Source: Vulcanimicrobiota bacterium
GTDB taxonomy: Bacteria; Vulcanimicrobiota; Vulcanimicrobiia; Vulcanimicrobiales; Vulcanimicrobiaceae
DNA: 64,000 bases
NCBI GenBank assembly: GCA_963699205.1
Contig: OY969421.1
Location: 1,624,427 to 1,688,426, forward strand
Direction: 5' to 3'
The notes under the pieces are model-generated. The model was given only the letters and a program-made list of their open reading frames with translations. It had not been told where the DNA came from and did not search any database. The position numbers were made by a program, and so were the translations under genes. Below are positions 1 to 8,093 of this stretch, one piece after another. Numbering within the stretch: position 1 is the stretch's first letter; the number at the start of each line of letters is the position of its first letter.

Positions 1-1265
1 GCGGCAACGGCCGGCAGACGAACCTTGCGGTCGCGGAGCAAGAAAATATCTCGCCACACCTCAAGAGCAATTTCCAGTTTTCATACCAATCGAACTATGG
101 CTCGTATGTCAGTATTCCGCCGAACGAAACGTTTACCGAGGCGATCGTCCATCAGACCGCGCAGACTTCCCAGAACTATAGTTTCAGCCATAGTTCGGTC
201 GGAAGCCAGGGAAACAGCAATAGCTTTACCTTCACCGATACGCGGCAATTCAATCAGGCGCTGAATCAGACGACGACGTTCAATCTTACGAACAGCAGCG
301 CAAGCTTTGGCGGAATCACTTCGTTCAGCAATCAGTCCGAGTTCGACTACCTGCTGCAGTATACAACCTCGGGCGCCGACTATCAGATGGAGTTCGACAA
401 GATCTATTCCCTCGAGGCGGTCGGAATCAACAAGATCCCGGAGTTTCAGGTACGTCCCAGCGACTTCTTCCAGCACTTTATCGTGCCGCTTTCGGCGCAG
501 TTGACGTTCGGAGAATACAGCGAACCGTCGGGCACGGGAGAACCGCAAAGTTTGGCGACGTGGCGAGGCGACGCGAACCTCGTCGTCGGTCCGGTGGAAC
601 AGAAGGTCTTGGGGAGCGACTTTCAGGGGACGGTGACCGTCGATCAATACGCCTACGGCACCGGCGATCTCAAGGCGGCGATCGAGCAAGACTTGAGCCT
701 GACGACGCCGCTCAGCCGCCACATGGTTAACACGCTTACCTATAACGAGGCAAACTACAACGGTCCGGCGCTCGTGCCGTTCCAGTATCTCGACCAACAA
801 CCCACGCAAAACACCAAAAACGCCCAGGACATGCTGCGCATCTTCAACGACGACATTTACGCGCTTTCACTGGGCTGGACGACCAACTTCGACGGCATGG
901 CGCAGCCCTTCAGTTATCAGTTGACGGCGAAGCCATCGCCGCGCTCGGTCGTCATGCTCGCCGGTTCGCTGGTCCCCGGCCAAGGCTTTCAACCCACAAA
1001 CTTACAACTGTCGACCCCATTCGGCCGCGATGCGTCGCTGCAGTTCGTGACCAACGTCAACTGGAAGGGCCCGGGAGAACTCTTCGCCGACAAGATCATC
1101 TACTATACGCGGACGATCGGCAACTGTTATCAGTTGATGGTGCTGTACAACGAATCGCAGCAATCCGTCAACGTCGGGCTGAATATACTCGCGTTCCCCA
1201 CGCAGACCGCCGTGTTCCAGATCGGGGCGCCGCAACCGGTCGTTCCGACAACGTTTAACTTCTGA
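1..1265 (+). CDS. Outer-membrane beta-barrel protein, C-terminal part (5' end outside window); LptD/OstA-like identity possible but unproven
   Basis: Frame 3 is open from nt 3 (GNGRQTNLAVAEQENISPHLKSNFQFSYQSNYG...), not only from the Met at 387. Asn/Gln/Ser/Thr/Tyr/Phe-rich alternating pattern. Ends ...PVVPTTFNF, with the terminal Phe typical of the OMP beta-signal. Confidence 0.6.
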   Translation, partial: GNGRQTNLAVAEQENISPHLKSNFQFSYQSNYGSYVSIPPNETFTEAIVHQTAQTSQNYSFSHSSVGSQGNSNSFTFTDTRQFNQALNQTTTFNLTNSSASFGGITSFSNQSEFDYLLQYTTSGADYQMEFDKIYSLEAVGINKIPEFQVRPSDFFQHFIVPLSAQLTFGEYSEPSGTGEPQSLATWRGDANLVVGPVEQKVLGSDFQGTVTVDQYAYGTGDLKAAIEQDLSLTTPLSRHMVNTLTYNEANYNGPALVPFQYLDQQPTQNTKNAQDMLRIFNDDIYALSLGWTTNFDGMAQPFSYQLTAKPSPRSVVMLAGSLVPGQGFQPTNLQLSTPFGRDASLQFVTNVNWKGPGELFADKIIYYTRTIGNCYQLMVLYNESQQSVNVGLNILAFPTQTAVFQIGAPQPVVPTTFNF

Positions 1266-1272
1266 AGCGGCT

Positions 1273-1440
1273 CTATTGTGTATCGCAAGGAGGGTGGCCG
1301 CACCCGCACACGTCGTCTTCTTCGCGGCCCTCGACCGCATTGCGGCAGAAGTCGCCGCAATACGCCTCGCCGCCCTCGACGGGTGCCGCGACGGAGCAGT
1401 TACACGGTTCGTGCGTACACTCAACGGGGACTTGTTGCAT
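1273..1440 (-). CDS. Small Cys/His-rich protein, SmtA/BmtA-like bacterial metallothionein (55 aa, not in ORF track)
   Basis: Minus-strand ATG at 1440, TAG at 1275-1273. Translation: MQQVPVECTHEPCNCSVAAPVEGGEAYCGDFCRNAVEGREEDDVCGCGHPPCDTQ. It has 8 Cys and 2 His, spaced like prokaryotic metallothioneins (C-x-H-x2-C-x-C, YC-x3-C, C-G-C-G-H-x2-C). Starts 2 nt after the stop of the upstream lipoprotein gene. Confidence 0.6.
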   Translation of the reverse strand: MQQVPVECTHEPCNCSVAAPVEGGEAYCGDFCRNAVEGREEDDVCGCGHPPCDTQ

Positions 1441-1442
1441 CG

Positions 1443-2165
1443 TTATGGGCAGGAGGTTGGGTGCACCGGATTGTTCGAGATCTCCACGCTGACGATCTGA
1501 GACTGCGGATCGGGTGGAGTGAATCCCGTTGCGTAGTAGGTGTTATCGAACGGTTCCGTCATGCAGAGTATTGGAGAGACCCACTGGGGATCGACCGGTC
1601 CACCCGACCCTAGTGAGTCGTAGAACGTCAAACTGTTTACCGGTCCGGGTCCGACGGTAAACGCATTGAAAGTCCACTTGCTCGGGGGCGATGCGCTCGG
1701 CGAGGGCGACGGCGATACGAAGATCGCTCGCTGCGCCAGCATCGAGAATTCTGTCCCGGTGCCGTTGCTATTGAGATTGAAGGAAAACTGCTGCGGCGTC
1801 GTATGGGGGCTAAAATATCCCGGCGGCCCATGTCCGACCTGCGGCGGCACGTATTGCACAACGTGCGCGCCGGCTCCGATGCCGTTCCCTGACGCGACGA
1901 GGGCATACGAGTATCCCGCCCAGTTCGTTTGGAACGTGTCGGTCGACGGCGTCACGCCGCTGCCCGTCGTGTTGAAAACCATCATGTACTGGTAGGTGGA
2001 GAAGTTGAAGGGCGCGGCAACATCAAAGTGGATCGCAATAAATCCAGGAGGAGCGCCGCCCGGTCCTAAACCCGGCGGATTGGGCGTCACTTGACGACCG
2101 CACGCCACGACGATGAACGCCGTTACTAATACGACGACAAAACCCAGACTCAATTTGCGCATCAT
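1443..2165 (-). CDS. Hypothetical lipoprotein
   Basis: N-terminus MMRKLSLGFVVVLVTAFIVVAC has a signal peptide with a lipobox-like VVAC. Pro/Gly/Ser-rich mature part. No recognisable catalytic motif. Confidence 0.6.
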   Translation of the reverse strand: MMRKLSLGFVVVLVTAFIVVACGRQVTPNPPGLGPGGAPPGFIAIHFDVAAPFNFSTYQYMMVFNTTGSGVTPSTDTFQTNWAGYSYALVASGNGIGAGAHVVQYVPPQVGHGPPGYFSPHTTPQQFSFNLNSNGTGTEFSMLAQRAIFVSPSPSPSASPPSKWTFNAFTVGPGPVNSLTFYDSLGSGGPVDPQWVSPILCMTEPFDNTYYATGFTPPDPQSQIVSVEISNNPVHPTSCP

Positions 2166-3657
2166 GTTCTCCTCGGCGCTGCTGCGCGACGCGCTGGTCG
2201 TTGCGTGCGCGGCGCTCCTACTCGCGGCGGCATTTCCAAAAATCGGCGCAGCGTGGCTCGTTCCATTTGGAACGGCGGTATTGTTCTGGACGTGGCAAGG
2301 CGCTTCCTGGAAACGCGCGTTGCTTCTCGGTTGGTTGTTTGGTTTAATTTTTTTTGCCTTAGACTTTGCTTGGGTCGGGCATACGGTCGGACGCTACATC
2401 GGTATCTTCGGGCCGTATCTCGCATTCGGTCCGGCGGTGATCGAGGCGCCATTTGTCGCGCTAGCCGGCGCCCTCGCCGCAGTCGCGTACGCGCACATGC
2501 GGCCGAGCGTCGCACCACTCGGCGCGGCTATCGCGTTCACGCTGGCTGAATGGCTGCGATCCGTCGGACTTCTCGCGGTGCCCTTCGATCAACTCGGCTA
2601 CACGCAGGCCTCGACGCCGCTGCGCGCCTTGGCCGCGTACGTGGGCGCCTACGGCATCACGTTGGTTCTCTGCGCGTTTGGCGCGTATCTGGCCGATGCG
2701 ATCCATCGAAGAACGTTTCGGCCGTTCGGGATCGCAACGATCACGCTGTCGGCCGTTACCGTCTGCGCGTGGATCGCGTGGCCCGCGCGAACCCTCGCGA
2801 CGCCGAGGATCCCCGTCGCGGCGGTTCAGGGCAATATCGCCCAATCGTTTAAGTGGAACGCGTTGCGGTTGGCCGTCGATCGGTACACCCGCATGACGCA
2901 CGCGGCGAGCGTCGCCGGTCCGCGTCTGATCGTGTGGCCGGAGACGGTCATTACTACCGATCTGAACGGGGATCCAGCGCTCCTGTACAGTTTCGAAAAC
3001 CTGGCACGAGAAGCGAACGCTACGATCGTGGCGGGAAGTCTGCGTTGGAGCCCACGAAGAAAACTCTACAACGCGCTCTACATTTTCTCGCCGAACGGAT
3101 CGTACGCCACCTACGATAAGCGCGCGTTGGTTCCGTTTGCGGAATGGTTCCCCGGACGGCGATTCTTATGGTGGCTACCCTACATCGCTTCGCTCAACGG
3201 CGGGTTGAGCGGCGGTCGAACCAACGGCGTATATCCGACGCTCGCGCTGCCGATTGCGCCGCTGATCTGTTGGGAGTCAGCCTTCGCCGATCTTGCCTAC
3301 GCTCAGGTTCGCGCCGGCGCGCAGCTCCTAGTAGTCAGTACCGACGACGCATGGTTCGGAACGACGTCGGGACCGTACATGCACGCTCAGATCGCGCAAG
3401 TGCGCGCGATCGAAAGCGGCGCGTACGTCGTTCGTGCGGCGGCGACCGGGATTAGCGGCATTATCGCTCCGGACGGATCGTGGCAGCGGCGCAGCGCTCT
3501 GGATCGGCAGACGATCGTGCAAGGACGCGTCGGCCCGCGCGTCCCGACGGTATTCTCGAAGATCGGACCGACGCTCGTCATCGAAGCGCTCGCAGCGCTC
3601 TACGCGATCCTCTTGTTGATTCGCCGCGAGTCGCGCCGATCGGAACCCGTACTCTGA
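2164..3657 (+). CDS. lnt: Apolipoprotein N-acyltransferase
   Basis: Multi-TM N-terminal half followed by a CN-hydrolase domain (VAAVQGNI..., IVWPETV, ICWESAF). The ATG at 2164 is preferred over the track start 2113, which would overlap the divergent lipoprotein gene. Confidence 0.85.
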   Translation: MFSSALLRDALVVACAALLLAAAFPKIGAAWLVPFGTAVLFWTWQGASWKRALLLGWLFGLIFFALDFAWVGHTVGRYIGIFGPYLAFGPAVIEAPFVALAGALAAVAYAHMRPSVAPLGAAIAFTLAEWLRSVGLLAVPFDQLGYTQASTPLRALAAYVGAYGITLVLCAFGAYLADAIHRRTFRPFGIATITLSAVTVCAWIAWPARTLATPRIPVAAVQGNIAQSFKWNALRLAVDRYTRMTHAASVAGPRLIVWPETVITTDLNGDPALLYSFENLAREANATIVAGSLRWSPRRKLYNALYIFSPNGSYATYDKRALVPFAEWFPGRRFLWWLPYIASLNGGLSGGRTNGVYPTLALPIAPLICWESAFADLAYAQVRAGAQLLVVSTDDAWFGTTSGPYMHAQIAQVRAIESGAYVVRAAATGISGIIAPDGSWQRRSALDRQTIVQGRVGPRVPTVFSKIGPTLVIEALAALYAILLLIRRESRRSEPVL

Positions 3658-4214
3658 TGACACGCAGGCGGCTTTGGTACAAGCGCTTGGTAATTCTGAG
3701 CGGCGCGCTGCTCCTCACTTGGGTCATCGTCGAGATGGCACTGGCCGGCCGCGGCATTCCGCCAATACCTCGGGGACAGGCGCCGGTCGAACTGCACGGG
3801 GGACAGGTTCTCAACAATCACATCAGCACGCGTTCCTGGAGCTTCGATTACGATCGCGCGCGTCTTTCACCCGATGGAATGAGCGGGAGCGTTGATGGCG
3901 TGCGCAACGGCATCGTCTTTCGCAAAGGAAAGCCATACTTGCGAATCTCCGCGAAACACGTCTCACTCAACCTTACCTCTCTCGACTTCACCGCCGTCGG
4001 CAAGGTCCACATCGAGCGGATCGACGATCCGGAAAACCGCGCGTTCGACACCGACCTGGTCGTCTGGACGAACGATGCGAAGGTTCTTCGCATGGACCAT
4101 CCGAGCTACGTGCACTCGGGCGGTGAAACGCTACGGATCGATAAGATCTCCGTCAACTTCGACGACAGCACGATCCACTTAGGGAAAATCACCGGCGGCG
4201 TCGACATCCACTAA
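3657..4214 (+). CDS. Membrane-anchored periplasmic protein, LptC/OstA-like (tentative)
   Basis: The ATG at 3657 overlaps the lnt stop TGA by 1 nt. MTRRRLWYKRLVILSGALLLTWVIVEMALAG gives one N-terminal TM helix, followed by about 150 aa of beta-rich sequence. The upstream part of track ORF 3480-4214 is Arg-rich and overlaps lnt, so it is treated as artefact. Confidence 0.5.
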   Translation: MTRRRLWYKRLVILSGALLLTWVIVEMALAGRGIPPIPRGQAPVELHGGQVLNNHISTRSWSFDYDRARLSPDGMSGSVDGVRNGIVFRKGKPYLRISAKHVSLNLTSLDFTAVGKVHIERIDDPENRAFDTDLVVWTNDAKVLRMDHPSYVHSGGETLRIDKISVNFDDSTIHLGKITGGVDIH

Positions 4215-4265
4215 CCCTGATTTTGGAGCAAATTTCCGCAGGCTGCCCGCTGCTGCTCTTCACGA

Positions 4266-4440
4266 CCTGAAACGTAAAAGCCGCAGTCACCATCTCATAC
4301 CGGTCCCGAGGCGTCTGAAGCGCCGCGGAGGCACGGATGCCGGGAGCGGCGCTGAAGCCGAGAGCAGCGGAGCACACTGACGTGCTCCGCAAGCGTCCGA
4401 GGGAATGGTATGAGATGGCGACTGAGGCCTAGGTTTCAGG
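4266..4440. ncRNA. Candidate structured RNA or structured intergenic element, family not identified
   Basis: Nested complementarity read directly from the sequence:
- 4266-4273 CCTGAAAC pairs with 4433-4440 GTTTCAGG.
- 4286-4301 GTCACCATCTCATACC pairs with 4407-4422 GGTATGAGATGGCGAC (15/16).
- The helix continues through tandem G-A.
- It ends in a junction with two hairpins: 4319-4326/4346-4353 enclosing GGCA-CGGA-TGCC, and 4367-4375/4382-4390.
The element lies between convergent genes. Confidence 0.35.
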
Positions 4441-4734
4441 CCCCAGTTTTTTCTTTGCTTCCGCGATCAGTTTTTTGACTTTTTGCCCGCCCTTGTGCCC
4501 GATTTCTTCGTAGAAGTCGGAGCCGTACTTTTCCTTGACGACCTTGCCGCCTTTTTGTCCGATCGACTCATAGAACTCTACGCCGTGACGATCGCGCGTC
4601 GCCTTTCCACCTTTTCGACCGATGTCTTCGTAAAAAGTCGACCCGTAGCGGTCGCGCACGGTGTCGCCGCCCTTTTTGCCGGCTTCGCGGACGGACATGT
4701 CGCGCTTTGCCGCATGATCGGATTTTTCAGCCAT
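4429..4734 (-). CDS. KGG-repeat general stress protein (YciG/GsiB-like)
   Basis: Three repeats of the Y-G-x-x-F-Y-E-x-I-G-x-K-G-G type (DRYGSTFYEDIGRKGGK, DRHGVEFYESIGQKGGK, EKYGSDFYEEIGHKGGQ). Confidence 0.8.
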   Translation of the reverse strand: MAEKSDHAAKRDMSVREAGKKGGDTVRDRYGSTFYEDIGRKGGKATRDRHGVEFYESIGQKGGKVVKEKYGSDFYEEIGHKGGQKVKKLIAEAKKKLGPET

Positions 4735-4752
4735 CGGTCGTCATGGCACGTT

Positions 4753-4968
4753 TTAAGACGCGGTAGTTTTACGCTTCGGCCGTTGTCCGCCTTTCTGACC
4801 GATGACCTCGTAAAACGATGGACCGTACTTGCTCTTTGTGGCCTCGCCGCCCTTACGGCCAATCTCCTCGTAAAATTCGGAGCCGTATTTTGCCTTCACG
4901 CGTTCGCCGCCGCGGCGACCCGCTTCGCGAACGCTCATGCCGCCGGCCTGACCAGACTCTTGTGCCAT
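4753..4968 (-). CDS. KGG-repeat general stress protein, tandem paralog
   Basis: MAQESGQAGGMSVREAGRRGGERVKAKYGSEFYEEIGRKGGEATKSKYGPSFYEVIGQKGG. The start at 4968 is preceded by GAGAGGA. The track start at 4995 is less likely. Confidence 0.8.
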   Translation of the reverse strand: MAQESGQAGGMSVREAGRRGGERVKAKYGSEFYEEIGRKGGEATKSKYGPSFYEVIGQKGGQRPKRKTTAS

Positions 4969-5064
4969 TGTGATCCTCTCTATGGATAGTAGCAATTACT
5001 CTTTCCCATACAAGCGCTCGGTAAACTCAGGATTTGCTGAGAAGGTTAGCATTTCTTAACAAAG

Positions 5065-5643
5065 TCACGCTGCAAGCGCGCAAAAAACGTCGCGCGTGGC
5101 GGCCGCCAGGCGCGTGAGGTCGCCGTCGTTGTCGATCACGAAGTCGGCGCGCCGGCTCGCCTCTTCTTGCGGGATTTGAGCCGCGATTCTGGCCCGCACG
5201 CGCGTCTCGTCGAGGTGGTCGCGTGCCACGATGCGCGCAATTCGGTCGAGCACAGGCGCGACGACCACGATCGACTTGTCCACGAATCTGTCGTACCCGG
5301 TTTCGAAGAGCAACGGCACGACGTGCACGACGATCTGCTCGAGTCTGGCGCTCGCCTCACGTTCGAGGGCGCGGCGGCGAATGTGCGGATGCAGGATCGC
5401 GTTAAGGCGCGCACGCGCTGCCGAATCGGCGAAGATGATGTCGGCGAGCCCCGCGCGATCGAGCGCGCCCTCACGAACGACCTGCGGCCAGACGCGCGCG
5501 ATCTCGACGAGCGCATCGCCGTACGGAGCGACGACTTCGCGCGCGATTTCGTCGGTATCGACGATGAACGCACCCAGGGAGCGCAAGATCGCAGCTACCT
5601 CGCTCTTCCCGGCGCCGATACCGCCGGTCAAGCCAACGCGCAT
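5065..5643 (-). CDS. coaE: Dephospho-CoA kinase
   Basis: MRVGLTGGIGAGKSEV P-loop at the N-terminus, about 190 aa, typical CoaE layout. Sits downstream of rpsA. Confidence 0.9.
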   Translation of the reverse strand: MRVGLTGGIGAGKSEVAAILRSLGAFIVDTDEIAREVVAPYGDALVEIARVWPQVVREGALDRAGLADIIFADSAARARLNAILHPHIRRRALEREASARLEQIVVHVVPLLFETGYDRFVDKSIVVVAPVLDRIARIVARDHLDETRVRARIAAQIPQEEASRRADFVIDNDGDLTRLAAATRDVFCALAA

Positions 5644-5651
5644 ACGCGCGG

Positions 5652-6829
5652 TTAGGTCGAGGGCTCCTGTACCGCGGTCCCCGCGACGCCGAGGTCCGCG
5701 CTCTCTTCCTCTACGGCATATTGCTCGATCTCTTCGGGCGGTATGTCTGCCACGTGCTCGATAGACGCGGTAATCCGACGCGTCGCGTGATTGATGCTCA
5801 GTAGAGTCACTTCGACTTCTTGCGCGGCGTTGAACTGAGCCGACGCGTCGAACTCGCCCTTCGGAACCATGGCCAATATGCCGGGAATGACTTCAACCAA
5901 CAGATAGTTTGGCGTGACCTTGACGATCTGCGCCTTCAACTTGTTCGTTTCATACAGACGGTCCGCGTATTGATCCCAGGGATCGGGAAGCGCATGTTTG
6001 AGCGAAAGGCTAACTTTTTTCGCTTCCGGGTCGAACTTCATGATTTCGACGTGCACCACGTCGCCGATCTTCACGACCTCGGACGGATGCTTGATGCGCG
6101 CGTAGGAGAGTTCGCTGTTGTGGATCAAGCCGTCGATGCCGCCCAAATCGACGAAAGCGCCGAAGTCCGCAAGCCGCACGACGACGCCCTCACGAATCTG
6201 CCCGACTTCCAACGTATCGAGTAACTCTTGTTTTTTCGCTTGCAACTCCTCTTCAAGCACGAGGCGCTGCGACAGTACGACGCGATGGCGCTTGTGATCC
6301 AGATCGATCACCTTGAGCCGAAGGTGCTGGCCGATCAATTCGTCCAGATTACCGACCGGTTGCCGGCGAATTTGCGAAGCCGGTACGAAGCCGCGCATGC
6401 CGAGATCGACGAGTACGCCGCCTTTGACGACCTGAGTGACGGTTGCCTCGATCACCTCGTCGCGTTGGTGCGCCTGGATGACCTTCTCCCACGTCTTGAG
6501 CGCGCGGGCGCGGCGCTCTGAAAGGAACAGCGTGCCGTCCATCTCGTCGATGCGATGGACCATCACTTCAATCGTGTCGCCGACGCGTAACAGCTTCGGG
6601 TCGATCGCTAGCGATAATTCTCGAAACGGCAGAACGCCTTCCGATTTTCCGCCGACGTCCACGAGCACTTCGTCCTTGTCTTTCTGAACGATCGTGCCGG
6701 TGAGTACTTGGCCCTCATCGAGGACCTTGAGCGATTCTTCGTATAGGCGCTGCTCCAGCGCCGATTGATCTTCTTCTTGAATCGGAGCTACTTCGGTTGT
6801 AGAGATAGGTCTTTTCCCACTTTCATCAT
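5652..6829 (-). CDS. rpsA: 30S ribosomal protein S1 (four S1 domains). The N-terminus requires a -1 frame change or a 1-nt correction near 6812-6818.
   Basis: Four S1 repeats (GQVLTGTIV...VDVGGKSEG, VIEATVTQVVKGGVLVDLG, IREGVVVRLADFGAFVDLGG, LKAQIVKVTPNYLLVEV). The S1 frame is open for 54 codons upstream of the first canonical start (GTG 6668) and encodes the start of domain 1. The only ATG (6829) is in the +1 frame. The length 1178 nt is not a multiple of 3. Confidence 0.8.
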
Positions 6830-6830
6830 T

Positions 6831-7646
6831 TTATCGTTGGCAGCGACGACACCACCACGTTCCACGTTGCCCTAGTACGCTTCGCAAGATGCGACTCGAA
6901 ACGCATCGGCGACACGGCTGACCGTGCCGGCCGTAGACCGCGAGGTCGTTTTGGAAACTTCCGCGCCGTCCTTGCGCATCCACGTAGTCGTCCACGCTCG
7001 TCCCACGGCGTGCAATCGCGCGCTGCAAAACGTCGACAATGGCGCCATGTAAACGCGTAATTGCGGGCCTTGTCAATGCGCGGGCGGACCGGCTCGGACG
7101 GATCCGCGCCTGCCAGAGCGCTTCGCATGCATAAATGTTCCCTATGCCGGCGATGCGCCGCTGATCGAGCAGCAGAACCTTGACGGGCGTCGTCCGCCCC
7201 GCCAGCATACCCGCAAAGGCGCGCTGTGTAAAGTCTGGGGACAGCGGCTCGACGCCAAGCGATGCGTCCCAGTCGTTCTCCCGCTCGACCACACGCATGC
7301 GGCCGAATGTCCGTACGTCCGAGAACCGTAACTCGGTCCCGTCGGCGAGATGAAGGACCAGGTGGGTCGCCGGATCTTCGGGGGCACCCTGCCGGGCCAC
7401 GACCAGCCGGCCCGTCATTCGCAGACTCGTGACCATCGAACGGCCCGAACCCAGCTCGATCACCACGTACTTGCCGCGCCGACGAATGCCGACCACGCCT
7501 TCCCCAGCGACGGCCCGTTCAAATGGTACGTTGGGCGGCGAGCCGACGATCCGGCGTAAACGCACGCTCGCGCCCTCGATCGTGGTCCCGACGAGACGCG
7601 ATCGCAAGCCGCGCACGATCGTCTCGACTTCGGGCAGTTCCGGCAT
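6831..7646 (-). CDS. mutM: Formamidopyrimidine-DNA glycosylase
   Basis: N-terminal MPELPEVET catalytic motif. C-terminal zinc finger CRRC...CRRC. Confidence 0.9.
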   Translation of the reverse strand: MPELPEVETIVRGLRSRLVGTTIEGASVRLRRIVGSPPNVPFERAVAGEGVVGIRRRGKYVVIELGSGRSMVTSLRMTGRLVVARQGAPEDPATHLVLHLADGTELRFSDVRTFGRMRVVERENDWDASLGVEPLSPDFTQRAFAGMLAGRTTPVKVLLLDQRRIAGIGNIYACEALWQARIRPSRSARALTRPAITRLHGAIVDVLQRAIARRGTSVDDYVDAQGRRGSFQNDLAVYGRHGQPCRRCVSSRILRSVLGQRGTWWCRRCQR

Positions 7647-7652
7647 TGCGCG

Positions 7653-8093
7653 CTAGGGCTGGGCGCTTGGCAACGACGGCAGGCTCAAGCGAATGCCTGC
7701 GACGATGCCGTCGCGGGCGGCCTCGCCTGCCGAAAGCTCGATGACGTACTTTCCTTCCCCCGCGATGCGCGGAATGAGCTCATCGCGAATGTTTGGATCG
7801 ACCGTTGGAACGTCGGCCGCGACGCGACGTACCACGCCATCGGACGCGATGAACAACATGTCTAGCGAGACGAGGGTGTTCTTCATCCAAAACGAAACCG
7901 GCGCGTCGCTCGCAAAGACGAAGAGCATACCGGTATGTGGAGCGAGGCTCGATCGGTTCATCAATCCGCGCTCGCGCTGCGCGGGCGTAGACGCCACCTC
8001 CAGCGTAAGCGTCGCGCGGGGAGCCTGCACCACGATGGTAGGAAGCAGCGCCGCCAAGATCAGCGTTCCGACGCTAAACACGTTCCAACGCAT
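7653..8093 (-). CDS. DUF192 family protein with signal peptide
   Basis: GLMNRSSLAPHTGMLFVF...PVSFWMKNTLVSLDMLFI pattern typical of DUF192/COG1430. N-terminal hydrophobic signal sequence. Confidence 0.7.
   Translation of the reverse strand: MRWNVFSVGTLILAALLPTIVVQAPRATLTLEVASTPAQRERGLMNRSSLAPHTGMLFVFASDAPVSFWMKNTLVSLDMLFIASDGVVRRVAADVPTVDPNIRDELIPRIAGEGKYVIELSAGEAARDGIVAGIRLSLPSLPSAQP

Noticed and set aside
81-809. 242-aa minus-strand ORF, and the 25-264 plus-strand ORF, at the window start.
   Set aside because: Both are Arg-rich shadow ORFs. Frame 3 on the plus strand is open from the window edge and encodes OMP-like sequence continuous with ORF 387-1265.
4266-4440. Assigning the structured intergenic element to 6S RNA, or treating it as a simple bidirectional terminator.
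   Set aside because: The fold is a long stem ending in a three-way junction, not the 6S central-bubble architecture, and short motif similarities to E. coli 6S are in the wrong order. It is far larger than a terminator and lacks U-tracts. It is kept only as an unclassified candidate.
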